Shown: positions 24,892 to 34,768 of the stretch, piece by piece | How positions within the stretch are numbered: position 1 is the first letter of the stretch | Layout: every line of letters begins with the position of its first letter | Assembly: GCA_028279685.1 (NCBI GenBank) | Contig: JANQNG010000051.1 | Location: 9-64,008, forward strand | Source of the DNA: Candidatus Nanoarchaeia archaeon | Lineage (GTDB): Archaea; Nanobdellota; Nanobdellia; Woesearchaeales; SKIA01 | Reading direction: 5' to 3' | DNA length: 64,000 nt | Notes under the pieces: model-generated | The model's database searches: none | What the model was told of the DNA's origin: nothing | What the model saw: only the letters and a program-made list of their open reading frames with translations | Translations under genes and position numbers: made by a program

Positions 24892-25272
24892 ATGGGGGGT
24901 ACATTCATCAATAGGAATGTAGATGCAACTATCTGTCGACGCTGTGGAAGACCAGGTGATGCGAAAGCTTTTGCACTTGATCCTATTTTCAAGCAAGTAG
25001 TCTGTCCTCAATGTGTAAAAGAAAGAAAGAAACCAGGGTCTACTCTGACAGCTGAAAAACCTACTGATTGGGATTATGAAGACGAAGTTCTTGAGAAAAC
25101 ACACAAACTAAAACAACAGCAAAAGCCTAAAGAGACCATCAGATATGTAAGAATTAATGATGAGAAGATTAAAATCATCTGTCCGAAATGTGAATTTCCC
25201 TTTGTTTACAACACTGTCAGAGATTCTCCTCGGTTCTGCCCCTTCTGCGCAAGAAGAGCAAAGCCAAGCTGA
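24892..25272 (+). CDS. double zinc-ribbon protein
   Basis: CRRCGRPG...CPQCVKE and CPKCEFPF...CPFCARR, two CxxC pairs each. Confidence 0.55.
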   Translation: MGGTFINRNVDATICRRCGRPGDAKAFALDPIFKQVVCPQCVKERKKPGSTLTAEKPTDWDYEDEVLEKTHKLKQQQKPKETIRYVRINDEKIKIICPKCEFPFVYNTVRDSPRFCPFCARRAKPS

Positions 25273-25312
25273 ATGTCACTTTAAATCCACAAATTTTATA
25301 AACCATTAACCA

Positions 25313-25705
25313 TTGTTAATTATCATGAATAATGACACATTACTCCAACCTCAAGAGGTAGAAGTTTGGTATGCTTTGCCCGCTATCAGAAGAGAACTCT
25401 CTTTCTTTCTAAAACAAGAAGGACTTGAGCAGAAGAAAATCGCTAACATCATGGGTTTAACGGAAGCTGCTGTTTCCCAATATATCAATAAAAAAAGAGG
25501 AAAAGATATTACATTCGAGGATCATCTCAAAAAAGAAATACACACATCAGCAAAAGCTATTGTGAAAAACAACGATGTGTTTCTCGAGGAAACCCAACGA
25601 ATTCTTCAACTTCTTCGAAATGATGGCACCATCTGCAAGCTGCATGAAGCGCATGGCTACAGTAGCGCTCATTGTAGAATATGCAAAGGCAAAAAAAGAT
25701 CATGA
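25313..25705 (+). CDS. HTH transcriptional regulator with C-terminal Cys/His cluster (COG2522-like)
   Basis: LEQKKIANIMGLTEAAVSQYINKKRG (HTH) and CKLHEAHGYSSAHCRIC. Confidence 0.45.
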   Translation: MLIIMNNDTLLQPQEVEVWYALPAIRRELSFFLKQEGLEQKKIANIMGLTEAAVSQYINKKRGKDITFEDHLKKEIHTSAKAIVKNNDVFLEETQRILQLLRNDGTICKLHEAHGYSSAHCRICKGKKRS

Positions 25706-26293
25706 AGGTTTACCAGGAACATCATGATGATGAATACATCTTGGCTCATAGAGTTCTTTATCTCCAACAAGAATAATTGGCGAATCATATGGTGCAGGCT
25801 TACCATCAATTAAACGCTGTGTTCTCCTAGCTGTACCTCCGCAAACAGCACACACCGCATTCATCTTAGTAACATAATCAGCATGTCTCATAAAATAATC
25901 CATCTGAGGAAAAGGTTCTCCTCTGTAATCAGTATCAAGCCCTGCAATAATAATATTCTTCTTAAGCAGTAATAAGCCAGACACAGCAGAGCAAAGCCCA
26001 GGTATAGGAAAATGTGCTTCATCAAAAGCAACAACTAAATCTTTATCAGTTATATGACTTAAGAACCCTTCAGCATCCTTCACTTTGATCGCCTCAATTT
26101 CAAACCCTAATCTTGATGCAACATTCTCATCACGTTCATTAATCAACGGCTGGAATACTTTATAAGGAATATCAGTATAGTTCAGTTTCTCAACTCTTTG
26201 AATAAGTGCTGTCGTTTTCCCAGAAAACATAGACCCAGGATACACCTCCATACAACCTGGCCTGTAGAATTCATTGTGTAATTTATTATTCAC
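25700..26293 (-). CDS. tdk: thymidine kinase
   Basis: GSMFSGKTTALI P-loop, AFDEAHF, and zinc ribbon CAVCGG...EPRCIHHH. Confidence 0.9.
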   Translation of the reverse strand: MNNKLHNEFYRPGCMEVYPGSMFSGKTTALIQRVEKLNYTDIPYKVFQPLINERDENVASRLGFEIEAIKVKDAEGFLSHITDKDLVVAFDEAHFPIPGLCSAVSGLLLLKKNIIIAGLDTDYRGEPFPQMDYFMRHADYVTKMNAVCAVCGGTARRTQRLIDGKPAPYDSPIILVGDKELYEPRCIHHHDVPGKPS

Positions 26294-26361
26294 TTTTGCT
26301 CACTCTCCTCAAGAAAATGAATACATTCTATCCCCAAAACATTCACTACGAAAACCCCCCA

Positions 26362-26919
26362 TTATTTCAATGATAAATCATACAATATACTTTCAATCTT
26401 CTTCAAGTTCCACTTGATGGCATCAGATTTCTTTCTTAATTCCCCATTCCTAAAATCAAATTCCATCATTTGTGCAAGAATAGTGTCAATAAGGTCTCTA
26501 ATTTTCTGGATGTCTTCTTTCTTCTTATCTATAGCAAGAAAAACACATCGCCTTCCAAGCTCTCCTGTAAAATCACTTAAAGCTCCTAGATAAATTTCAG
26601 AAAACAGTTTTCTTGGTTTCTTCCAGATATTCTTATCCATCACATAATGATAGAAAAGCATTGCTTCAGCGTACTCTTCAAGCGCTGCAGAGAGAGCGCC
26701 AATTTGGCGGAATTTTGGCCGTTTATCAAGCACTTCTATTAACTCAGATGCAAGTTTCACAAGATCATCAACAGCATTTTTTTTGACTTCACCACGATGC
26801 ACTGCGTAAATCAATTTCTTAGAAGAAGTATTTAACTCTCTTGCTTTTTTGATGAATTGTTCTCTTTTTTCTTCGAACACAACAAATTCTTTTCGTATTG
26901 ATGACAGATCTACTCTCAT
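26362..26919 (-). CDS. translin-family protein
   Basis: ALEEYAEAMLFYHYV and YLGALSDFTGELGRR match the translin helical-bundle signature. Start set at Met25 (ATG 26919), downstream of a TATA-like tract. Confidence 0.55.
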   Translation of the reverse strand: MRVDLSSIRKEFVVFEEKREQFIKKARELNTSSKKLIYAVHRGEVKKNAVDDLVKLASELIEVLDKRPKFRQIGALSAALEEYAEAMLFYHYVMDKNIWKKPRKLFSEIYLGALSDFTGELGRRCVFLAIDKKKEDIQKIRDLIDTILAQMMEFDFRNGELRKKSDAIKWNLKKIESILYDLSLK

Positions 26920-26994
26920 GCTATTCGAAAAAAGAAGGTTTATATAAAGATATTTATTCAACGATTTATTATTTAATACGTGCAAATACAAGAA

Positions 26995-27435
26995 CTAGAT
27001 CATTGCCCATTCTGGCAGCAATGCTTTTGCTACGAGGAATCCATAGATATATGGTCCTGCAGCAATAACAGCACCTACGAGAGCAGCATGGAAAAATGTT
27101 TCTCCGATTGATTTACCTCCTGCTCCACCTCTAATAATAGCAGCAGCAGCTTTGATTTTAACTGCAGCAACCAAACCTAGCACTACCCTGATAAGAATAT
27201 CCCAAATACCTCCTGATGGTATAGAGCTTGAAAGACCAAATTGTGCAATTGCAAAAGGAATATTAAAGCTAATAAAGCTGAAGATCATACAGACTGGCAC
27301 TGCGTGCAACCCATGAGAAAGCCACCCCATGCCTCTTTCATCTTTATGAACAAGAAAGAGTTCATACAATCCTGCGATGACTCCTATAACTAACGGAGGA
27401 ATAATCAAGAACTCCGCTCCTGCTGCAGCAACCAT
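26995..27435 (-). CDS. multi-pass membrane protein, unknown family
   Basis: Four hydrophobic, Gly/Ala-rich segments. ORF only. Confidence 0.5.
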   Translation of the reverse strand: MVAAAGAEFLIIPPLVIGVIAGLYELFLVHKDERGMGWLSHGLHAVPVCMIFSFISFNIPFAIAQFGLSSSIPSGGIWDILIRVVLGLVAAVKIKAAAAIIRGGAGGKSIGETFFHAALVGAVIAAGPYIYGFLVAKALLPEWAMI

Positions 27436-27528
27436 ACTCTTACTTTGCTATTTATTATTTATAAAGTTTGCGTTGGAAATAATACATCGCATTTTGGTGA
27501 TGTCTCTAATTACATCACCAGCAATATC

Positions 27529-27615
27529 TACTGCGCTACGTATTTGAATTAAATAAGATAAGAAATCTAATTCGCTACAATCCAACAAGATAATCAAGTA
27601 CTTCGCAATGCAGTA
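27529..27615. repeat. structured intergenic element, copy B (homologous to 20101-20197)
   Basis: TACTGC...GCAGTA closing stem. The blocks GCTACGTATT, AAGAAATC, ATTCGCTACAATCC and AAGTACTTCGC are spaced as in copy A. Preceded by an 8-bp hairpin GGTGATGT/ACATCACC (27496-27519). Confidence 0.6.
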
Positions 27616-27637
27616 TTACCACTAATACAATAGAAAT

Positions 27638-28441
27638 TCAGAAATTCCACGCACCAGTCTCAGTCACTTCTGCAACAATTTCATTAGCATCACCTTCATG
27701 AAGAAGTTCAATATCAATGTCACCAAAGTGTTGCTCTTGGTGCAAATCAATTCTCTGTTGGTTCGTTAGATGAAGTAATGGAATGAACGTAAATATCTTA
27801 TCTTCTTTTGAAGCATCCTCAGGAAGCAATTGATTGAAGCGAAGCATATCCTCGTTATTTTTATAATGTAACTGTATTTTATTGTAGATGTTCCTAATAG
27901 TCACTGAGATATCTCTCTTCTTCTCAGGAATCTTAACTTTCACCTCAGCAACTTGAAATCGATCACGTCGGGCACTCACTTCAATTGCTTTTTCTAAAGC
28001 ATTAATCAAATCATAAATGCTTACTTTTCTTTTTCTAGGCTGAGGTGTTCTCGGAATCAATTTCGGTTTCACTTTCACCTGATCAGAAAAGTCTCCAAGC
28101 TCATCAAAAGGTTCTTCAAAAAATTCTTCAAGTTCTTCCTCAGAAGTGTTAAGTAAATTATCAAATGCAAAGATGTCTTGTTCAAGTAATCGATCACTTT
28201 TAAGTTTAAGCAGAATTGCACAAGCCAGTACTACTTTTCCCGAAATTCTGAAATCCATTCCTTGCAATTTTTTCAGCATATCAACAAATTTATTTGAGAG
28301 CTGCACAAGATCAATATCCCATTCGTTCATCTCTTCACTTTTAACGAGATCAAGCAATAAGCTCTGCCACGTTATCTCATCTCCTTGAAAGAGAATGTCG
28401 AAAATCTGGTCATTGGGGTGTGCTGCTACAGAAGCCATCAT
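27638..28441 (-). CDS. scpA: segregation and condensation protein A (kleisin)
   Basis: WDIDLVQLSNKFVDMLKKLQGMDFRISGKVVLACAILLKLKS plus a C-terminal winged-helix-like region. Confidence 0.8.
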   Translation of the reverse strand: MMASVAAHPNDQIFDILFQGDEITWQSLLLDLVKSEEMNEWDIDLVQLSNKFVDMLKKLQGMDFRISGKVVLACAILLKLKSDRLLEQDIFAFDNLLNTSEEELEEFFEEPFDELGDFSDQVKVKPKLIPRTPQPRKRKVSIYDLINALEKAIEVSARRDRFQVAEVKVKIPEKKRDISVTIRNIYNKIQLHYKNNEDMLRFNQLLPEDASKEDKIFTFIPLLHLTNQQRIDLHQEQHFGDIDIELLHEGDANEIVAEVTETGAWNF

Positions 28442-28606
28442 AAACGCCTTTTTTTAGTATACTAAAAAGTATATCAGTATATCTTATAGACGAGGAGTGA
28501 TTTATAAAGTTTATTATTCTGAAATCCCTAGTTGGGAATATATTATTTAGCTATGCCTAGATTTGACCATAATAACCTTTTTATACGTTATATCCTTGAT
28601 GCAGAC

Positions 28607-29131
28607 ATGAATCAAAATATTGAAGTGCTCAAAGGAGAACAGTGTCCTTTATGTCATAAGAACACATTGACTCTGACAGAATACGCTACTGAAGTTCCTC
28701 ATTTCGGTATAGTTCATGTCTTCGGTATGGATTGTGAAAACAAGGAATGCAATTATCACCTCCAAGACATAGAGCCTGAAACAGCGGGAAAAGCAACCAA
28801 ATATACAATTGAAATTAGTTCAGAAGAAGATATGAAAATCAGAGTTGTCAAATCATCAAAAGCTGTTGTGAAAATCCCTCATGTCACTACTATCGAACCA
28901 GGACCTGCATCTTCAGGGTACATCACTAATATTGAAGGAATCCTCAATAGAGTGAAAGTGCAGATTGAAAAAGCAAGAGACACGGAAGAGGATAATGCTA
29001 TCAAGAAAAAGGCCAAAGCATTGCTCAAGAAACTTCAAAAAGTGATGTGGGGACAGGATAAACTTAAAATCATCATTGAAGATCCAACAGGGAATTCTGC
29101 TATTGTTGCTGAGAAAGTGGAGAAAAAATAA
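28607..29131 (+). CDS. ZPR1-type zinc-finger protein
   Basis: CPLCHKNTLTL...VPHFGIVHVFGMDCENKECNY followed by a beta-rich A-domain-like region. Start set at ATG 28607. Confidence 0.65.
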   Translation: MNQNIEVLKGEQCPLCHKNTLTLTEYATEVPHFGIVHVFGMDCENKECNYHLQDIEPETAGKATKYTIEISSEEDMKIRVVKSSKAVVKIPHVTTIEPGPASSGYITNIEGILNRVKVQIEKARDTEEDNAIKKKAKALLKKLQKVMWGQDKLKIIIEDPTGNSAIVAEKVEKK

Positions 29132-29208
29132 ACTTACTCCAGTGTTAACTATTGGAGAATAGAAACTTTTATAAAATACCCGCAGCATACTTGTAATAGG
29201 GGGGTTAC

Positions 29209-29721
29209 ATGGCACATCCAAATCATCAAAATTTTCTATACGAAAAAGTCAAAACTTTGAAAAATATTGTGACCAATGAACGTGATCTGGCAACACTCGT
29301 TTCTTATGTGATTATTGATGCTCTTATTGATCATGATAAAACAGATAAAGAAAGAGAATCAAAAAGAAAACGACATACCGCAGAAGTGAGATATATATAC
29401 AAAGGATTAGATGATGTAATCGATACTGTGTCTGATGAAACATCTTGGAATACTGTTTGGCAGGAATGTAGAAAACGAGTCAACACAGTTGTTGAAGATT
29501 ATTTCAACAATAAACCTGTGCAATTCATTTCCGACAGCACATTAAAAGATATACTTTCACATCTCAAGAAAAAAACAAATTATGAAGAAAGCGTGATCAA
29601 TAAAGGACTTTATCTTCTTCACAATCTCAACACATCAGTCCATTATAGAGGAAGCGAACAAAAAGCATGGGACCACGACTATATCCTGCTTACTAAGTCA
29701 TTCCTCGAATCACAAACATAA
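29209..29721 (+). CDS. hypothetical protein
   Basis: ORF only. Lies 11 nt upstream of the PhoH-like gene. Confidence 0.5.
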   Translation: MAHPNHQNFLYEKVKTLKNIVTNERDLATLVSYVIIDALIDHDKTDKERESKRKRHTAEVRYIYKGLDDVIDTVSDETSWNTVWQECRKRVNTVVEDYFNNKPVQFISDSTLKDILSHLKKKTNYEESVINKGLYLLHNLNTSVHYRGSEQKAWDHDYILLTKSFLESQT

Positions 29722-29732
29722 GAGGAAGTACT

Positions 29733-31391
29733 ATGGACGGCAAATATCACGAAGTATTCATTCCATTCGACGATGTGCTCGAGAAAGGAGGTTCTCTCTT
29801 TCTCCAAGAATTAAGCCATAAAAAATACACTAACGAAGGAGAAGCGGAAAAGAAAAATCTCGTTATTCTCCCCATATCTTTTGTGGAAAAGATGGAGAGA
29901 GAACGGATTGATCAACCTGCATATGATGATATTTTACGATCTATAGATGCTATCATAGGACACCAAGAACAACCTCGTGAAAAAGTCAATATCTATGAAG
30001 TCAACACTGGTCTTGATCTGGCAATTCTCGATCATTGGAAACCCCGAAATAACCAAGAATCACTCGAAGACAAGAAATTCTATGAGATTCCGCAAAAAGA
30101 ATTCAAAATTTATAGATTGGAACGATTCATTCTCGATATCTTTGGAAAACAAATGGAACAAGATCATCCAACCATTCTCACTGGAAACTCTTTTTACAGA
30201 ATAAAACACAGAGGATCAAGAATAGAAAATCCTTCATTTCTTATGATAGATGCAAGTATTGTAGACAAAGGGCTTATTAAAGGAACTGACGAACTACTTC
30301 AACTACTGATAAAAACCAAAAAAAATAACGATAGTTTCTCATTAGAAAAAGCTAAAGAATTCTTTGACCATCATTTATATCTTAATCAGATAATTTATTT
30401 CACACCTCAAGACAAACCACATAAATTGTATGCGAAAGTCACTGGTGATTTATCATGGGATGATCAAAGACAAAAACTCAAAAAAGTTAAAAACAAAAGA
30501 CTCGAATTGATTTTGCCAACATTTGATCTGAAAAACCTATATAGACCTCTTCATACCAATAAACTTAGAGTGGGAGATCATATTATGCCATCATTCTTAG
30601 GCATCACCCCCAGAGATGATGAGCAGTATCTTGCAATGCAATGCGGCATAGCAAACCCTGATGTATCTATGCTATTCATCCCAGGAGGACAAGGTTCTGG
30701 AAAGACCATCCTCGCTATGACACTTATTGATCAGGTTTTGTGGTATAACTCAGAATATCGAAACAAAAGATTATGTCTACCTCCAAATACAAAAACAGAG
30801 AAAGGAGGAGTGTATAATAAACTCATTTTCTTCAAACCTACAGATATTATTGGTGGCAAACATAGAGATCTCGGGTTTCTCCCAGGAGATTTATTCGAAA
30901 AATTAGCATTTCATTTAGATAGCTATAGAGATGCATTTAAGCAAACATCTCTTGATGAAAAAATAGAGTTCGAGGACCTTTTCAAACATCCAAAAAGAAA
31001 AAACCAATTTTTTGAGAAAAGAGATGTTTCTGAAAAGATATTTGAACATTGCAACCTGAATCCTCATTCAGAACTTGTAGAACTCGTTTATTCAGCTTAT
31101 GTACGAGGACGAACATTTGAAAATACTATCATCGTTATTGATGAAGCCCAAAACTATACTCCTTATGAGATAAAAACTGTCGTCGAACGAGCTGGAAAGA
31201 ACTGTAAAATTGTTATCATAGGAGATCCTATGCAAAAAGATAATCCTAATCTTTCCATGGAATACAACGGTTTCACCTTTGCCATCAGTCATTTTCTGCC
31301 AAAAGATTACTCTATGCTCATTAAACTAGGGACAAATTACAGACATAGCATGTCTGAAGATGCAAAAGAAATGATTGCATTCTCATCATAA
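29733..31391 (+). CDS. PhoH-like ATPase with N-terminal extension (PIN/NYN-PhoH, COG1875-like)
   Basis: Walker A PGGQGSGKT, and IIVIDEAQNYTPYEIKTVVERAGKNCKIVIIGDPMQKD (the PhoH DEAQN...GD-x-x-Q-x-D). Confidence 0.8.
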   Translation: MDGKYHEVFIPFDDVLEKGGSLFLQELSHKKYTNEGEAEKKNLVILPISFVEKMERERIDQPAYDDILRSIDAIIGHQEQPREKVNIYEVNTGLDLAILDHWKPRNNQESLEDKKFYEIPQKEFKIYRLERFILDIFGKQMEQDHPTILTGNSFYRIKHRGSRIENPSFLMIDASIVDKGLIKGTDELLQLLIKTKKNNDSFSLEKAKEFFDHHLYLNQIIYFTPQDKPHKLYAKVTGDLSWDDQRQKLKKVKNKRLELILPTFDLKNLYRPLHTNKLRVGDHIMPSFLGITPRDDEQYLAMQCGIANPDVSMLFIPGGQGSGKTILAMTLIDQVLWYNSEYRNKRLCLPPNTKTEKGGVYNKLIFFKPTDIIGGKHRDLGFLPGDLFEKLAFHLDSYRDAFKQTSLDEKIEFEDLFKHPKRKNQFFEKRDVSEKIFEHCNLNPHSELVELVYSAYVRGRTFENTIIVIDEAQNYTPYEIKTVVERAGKNCKIVIIGDPMQKDNPNLSMEYNGFTFAISHFLPKDYSMLIKLGTNYRHSMSEDAKEMIAFSS

Positions 31392-32321
31392 CCAGTTCAT
31401 CTTCTTAAAAATAGCAATCATAATAACAGAAAGTATGATGAAAAATCCTATGAAGAACCAAAAGCTTATCTGATCATTACCTCCAGGAAGAGGAATATTC
31501 ATACCATAAAAACCAGTAATCATTGTTAGTGTCATCATAATAGTTGCTACCACCGTCAATGTCTGCATCACCTGGTTCATCTTTGATGAGGAAATAGAAA
31601 GTCGTTCATTCACCGTTGTAGCAATCTGATCATTACAGTTCGTCAAAATATCATTAATTCTCGCGACATGATCATGGACATCTCTAAAATAAAGATTCAA
31701 CTCATTTCTGATAAAATTATCCGATGGCTTTGTAAGACGGGAGACAACATCCAAAGTAGGATTTATTGTTTTCTTTAGATCAATCACTTTTCTCTTTTCT
31801 TTGAACATCTTGTTGATATTCTGTTCAGTAGGATTCCTATAGATGGAAACATCTATTTTTCCAATAGTATCATAAAGACGCTCTACCAATGGAAAGTAAA
31901 GATCAATCTCATGATCGAGGATTGCATGAAGAATGTAATCAACTCCTTTCTGTACTAATGAAGAGAGTTTATCTCCGTTAATCTTAAGACTATTGATCGT
32001 TTCCACTTCATATTTGTGTATGGTGATCAGCATACGATCCCCTATAATAAAAAAAATCACATCATCACTATGATGATAACGATGTTCTTCACAGACTTTA
32101 TGCACAATTAACGTATAATGTCCAAACTCCTCATATTTGATGCGAGTCTCTTTGCTTTTAATATCTTCAACCGTTAAGGGATGTAATTTTGCCAATGCCG
32201 TTATTCTATGAATATCCTCATCACTTGGTTCTTTACAATCTATCCAAAGCGTCTCACTCGTATGGAGTTCTTCAGGGAGAAGCCGTACCAGTGAGTCTCT
32301 ATAGACAAATCCCTCAATCAT
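31386..32321 (-). CDS. corA: magnesium/cobalt transporter CorA
   Basis: YGMNIPLPG (GMN motif) between two C-terminal TM helices, plus a CorA-like cytoplasmic domain. Confidence 0.9.
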   Translation of the reverse strand: MIEGFVYRDSLVRLLPEELHTSETLWIDCKEPSDEDIHRITALAKLHPLTVEDIKSKETRIKYEEFGHYTLIVHKVCEEHRYHHSDDVIFFIIGDRMLITIHKYEVETINSLKINGDKLSSLVQKGVDYILHAILDHEIDLYFPLVERLYDTIGKIDVSIYRNPTEQNINKMFKEKRKVIDLKKTINPTLDVVSRLTKPSDNFIRNELNLYFRDVHDHVARINDILTNCNDQIATTVNERLSISSSKMNQVMQTLTVVATIMMTLTMITGFYGMNIPLPGGNDQISFWFFIGFFIILSVIMIAIFKKMNWL

Positions 32322-32369
32322 AAAGCACCTCTTTTGAATAATTAAAGAAAAGGATTTATTTAAAAGTAT

Positions 32370-33053
32370 CTATTGAATGATCCCTAATAAATCATAGCTC
32401 AACCTATCAGCAACCTGCATCGCGTGTTCTCCATCGATAACATTAAGAACGACACAATCACCCTGGAGCTGAATGTAATCAATCGATGATGGCTTAAAAT
32501 ACACAACAAGATTATCTTGGGTTGCATCTTCGCAAGTAAATGGATCATCATAAATTCCTCCTGAAGTATTGATATTCAATACACCATAGCGATCACCGAG
32601 CATTCTTGAAATATCAGTTGCTGCAAGAACATATTGCGCTGGTAGATCTTTCTCTACAAGAACTTTTGCCGTACCTGATTTGTTGTGGTAAATGAGTCGC
32701 TCTCTGACATTGTCATCAAGTACAATGTGCTCAACATCCAGAGGACTATTCCTAAATGGGATCACATATGCTTGGTTATTAATGTATACTTTCCCAAACC
32801 AGCACAGAGTATCTTTGGTGTAAGGACATTTTCCTTTCACGAATTCGAATCCATTATAGGTAAGCCTATCATCAATCCCTCTAAAGGTATCTATAATTTT
32901 CCCTGAGAATAAGATACCAATAACAACAACACATATCCCTGCGATAATAATAATTGAGGCAAAGATTGATCTTTTCTCTTTTTGCTTATGCTCTTCAGAA
33001 TCTTCAGTAATCTCTTCCTGTTCTTCTTTTTTTGCTAATTTCTTATTAGTCAT
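32370..33053 (-). CDS. membrane-anchored hypothetical protein
   Basis: N-terminal TM anchor. The C-terminus (GDCVVLNVIDGEHAMQVADRLSYDLLGII) resembles that of the upstream neighbour. Confidence 0.5.
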   Translation of the reverse strand: MTNKKLAKKEEQEEITEDSEEHKQKEKRSIFASIIIIAGICVVVIGILFSGKIIDTFRGIDDRLTYNGFEFVKGKCPYTKDTLCWFGKVYINNQAYVIPFRNSPLDVEHIVLDDNVRERLIYHNKSGTAKVLVEKDLPAQYVLAATDISRMLGDRYGVLNINTSGGIYDDPFTCEDATQDNLVVYFKPSSIDYIQLQGDCVVLNVIDGEHAMQVADRLSYDLLGIIQ

Positions 33054-33633
33054 TGATTACACCATAAAGCCGATAGAGTAACGTATCTCTCAAATAGAAA
33101 TAATCATTTCCAGATCCTTTCATCAAAATACAATAGCCATCTATAGCAATTTCTGTTTCATTGCTACGGACAAATTTGATAATAGGTGTTTGAGGAGATG
33201 CCTGACTACAGTCATGTATCGGTAAAGTATACTTTGTAGTATTTTTTGTAACTGCACTTTGTGTATGTTTTGGAAATGATGTTGTGAAATCAAACCTTAT
33301 GACATCAATGCTTTCAGCATCAGGATCCTCTGGATCAAATAAAAGCACTACAAACTGTGCATTGTTAATGATAATGTTAGTGGAAGAGAGATAGGGTATG
33401 CTCAATATATCTTGAGGAAGCGTATAGAAACTCAAACTCATGTCATTGATACGTGTTTCCCATAATCCTGCTTGATTAAATGAAAACTTATATTTTTCGT
33501 ATTTTACTATGTTTGGATTACTCTGATCGTAACCAAGGAATCCTGCAATACTCGTAACCATCAGAAAGATAATCACTGCTGTGATCACCAGTTGAACTTT
33601 TTTTTGCCTCTTCATTTCTGCTTTTGAAACCAT
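33046..33633 (-). CDS. membrane-anchored hypothetical protein (distant tandem paralog of 32370-33053)
   Basis: N-terminal TM anchor. C-terminus DGYCILMKGSGNDYFYLRDTLLYRLYGVI. 8-nt overlap with the downstream gene. Confidence 0.5.
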   Translation of the reverse strand: MVSKAEMKRQKKVQLVITAVIIFLMVTSIAGFLGYDQSNPNIVKYEKYKFSFNQAGLWETRINDMSLSFYTLPQDILSIPYLSSTNIIINNAQFVVLLFDPEDPDAESIDVIRFDFTTSFPKHTQSAVTKNTTKYTLPIHDCSQASPQTPIIKFVRSNETEIAIDGYCILMKGSGNDYFYLRDTLLYRLYGVIND

Positions 33634-33748
33634 TACGCAAGCTAATCTTGAAGGTTTAATAAAACTTGTGCTCCTTGAAATCCAAAAGATTTAAATAGAA
33701 CAGCATACACAGAACGTATAGAATTATGACTGTCCAGTAGGTGTCTAA

Positions 33749-34720
33749 ATGGGTACTTGGGATTTGAAAAAGAAACAAGAACAACTTGATGATGTAGGAA
33801 GGTTAGCGAAAACATTGCGTTCTGCAGGATTTGCTATGTCTGAATCTGAAGCAAAGCGCATGGCAGAAAATATGATTGCCACAGAGAAGCGTATTACGAA
33901 AGAATATGCAGAACAACATAGCTCAACAGAAGTGCCTAAGAAAGAGGCTGCAGAAGAGCAACCCATAAAGAGAGATCCTCTTGATATCCGAATAGACGCT
34001 GAAACTGAGTATGCTGAAGAGCATACTGCTTCAGGAGTAAATAGTGTTGTTGAAGAAGAAAGCACAGCAACAATGATAGATATTCCAACACCACAAACAG
34101 AAGGCCTCGAAATTGCAAAAGAAGTTGAAGAACCAAAAACAGAAGGAGATATAAAACCTCTTGTGCTTGATCAAGATGAATCTTTTGAAGAACCTGCTGA
34201 TGAAGAAATTACTCTTGATGATGTTGATAAAGGAGAAAGTGTCCCTGATCTTGCAATGGAAGAATTCACGAAAGTTGAGAATGAAGAAATAGAACCTGTT
34301 GCAGAGGATCCTGCAGTCGAAGAGCTTACTAAAGAAGATTCATTGGAAGCACCAGAAACATCTAATGATATTCCTCCTGAACTAAAAGAAGCGGCAATGG
34401 AAGCGCCTCCTGAAGATGATTTTCTAGGAAGCGATGCAACACTTAGTGAGCTGATGGCTGAAGAAGAAAGCAAAGCACCTGCAGAAGAAACACATGCTAT
34501 CACGGAAGAACTCTCCGAGCCAATACCAGAGACTCCTGAAGAAGATATTGCTATGGATATTGAAGAACCTTCTGCTGATGACTTACTTGCAGAGGAATTC
34601 AAAGATGCACCCGAAAAAACAACCGAAGTGACTGATATGCCCAAAACAGGAGATATCGATACCTCTGAAGAGGAAAAGATCGACATCACTGATATGTTTA
34701 ACTTCAAAAAGAAGGGATAA
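33749..34720 (+). CDS. highly acidic, low-complexity (Glu/Asp/Pro-rich) protein
   Basis: Short ordered N-terminus, then ~250 aa of E/D/P/T-rich sequence. The antisense Ser-rich ORFs are a mirror artefact. Confidence 0.6.
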   Translation: MGTWDLKKKQEQLDDVGRLAKTLRSAGFAMSESEAKRMAENMIATEKRITKEYAEQHSSTEVPKKEAAEEQPIKRDPLDIRIDAETEYAEEHTASGVNSVVEEESTATMIDIPTPQTEGLEIAKEVEEPKTEGDIKPLVLDQDESFEEPADEEITLDDVDKGESVPDLAMEEFTKVENEEIEPVAEDPAVEELTKEDSLEAPETSNDIPPELKEAAMEAPPEDDFLGSDATLSELMAEEESKAPAEETHAITEELSEPIPETPEEDIAMDIEEPSADDLLAEEFKDAPEKTTEVTDMPKTGDIDTSEEEKIDITDMFNFKKKG

Positions 34721-34768
34721 TTACTATTAAGTAGAAACATTTATATACGGGTTATTCTTTTCCACCGT

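Noticed and set aside
28532-28606. Upstream extension of the ZPR1 ORF; similar 5' extensions of the track ORFs at 35746, 60811, 16044, 44349, 47854, 26991 and 12189
   Set aside because: The extensions overlap upstream genes or promoter/TATA tracts and encode hydrophobic junk. Internal ATGs with SD-like or TATA-spaced contexts give products that begin at the conserved family N-termini.
34171-34740. Ser-rich 189-aa minus-strand ORF, plus the 33745-34065 and 33936-34136 minus ORFs
   Set aside because: They are antisense to the GAA/GAT-rich acidic protein gene. Their compositional bias (TTC/ATC-type codons) explains the open frames, and no start context is present.
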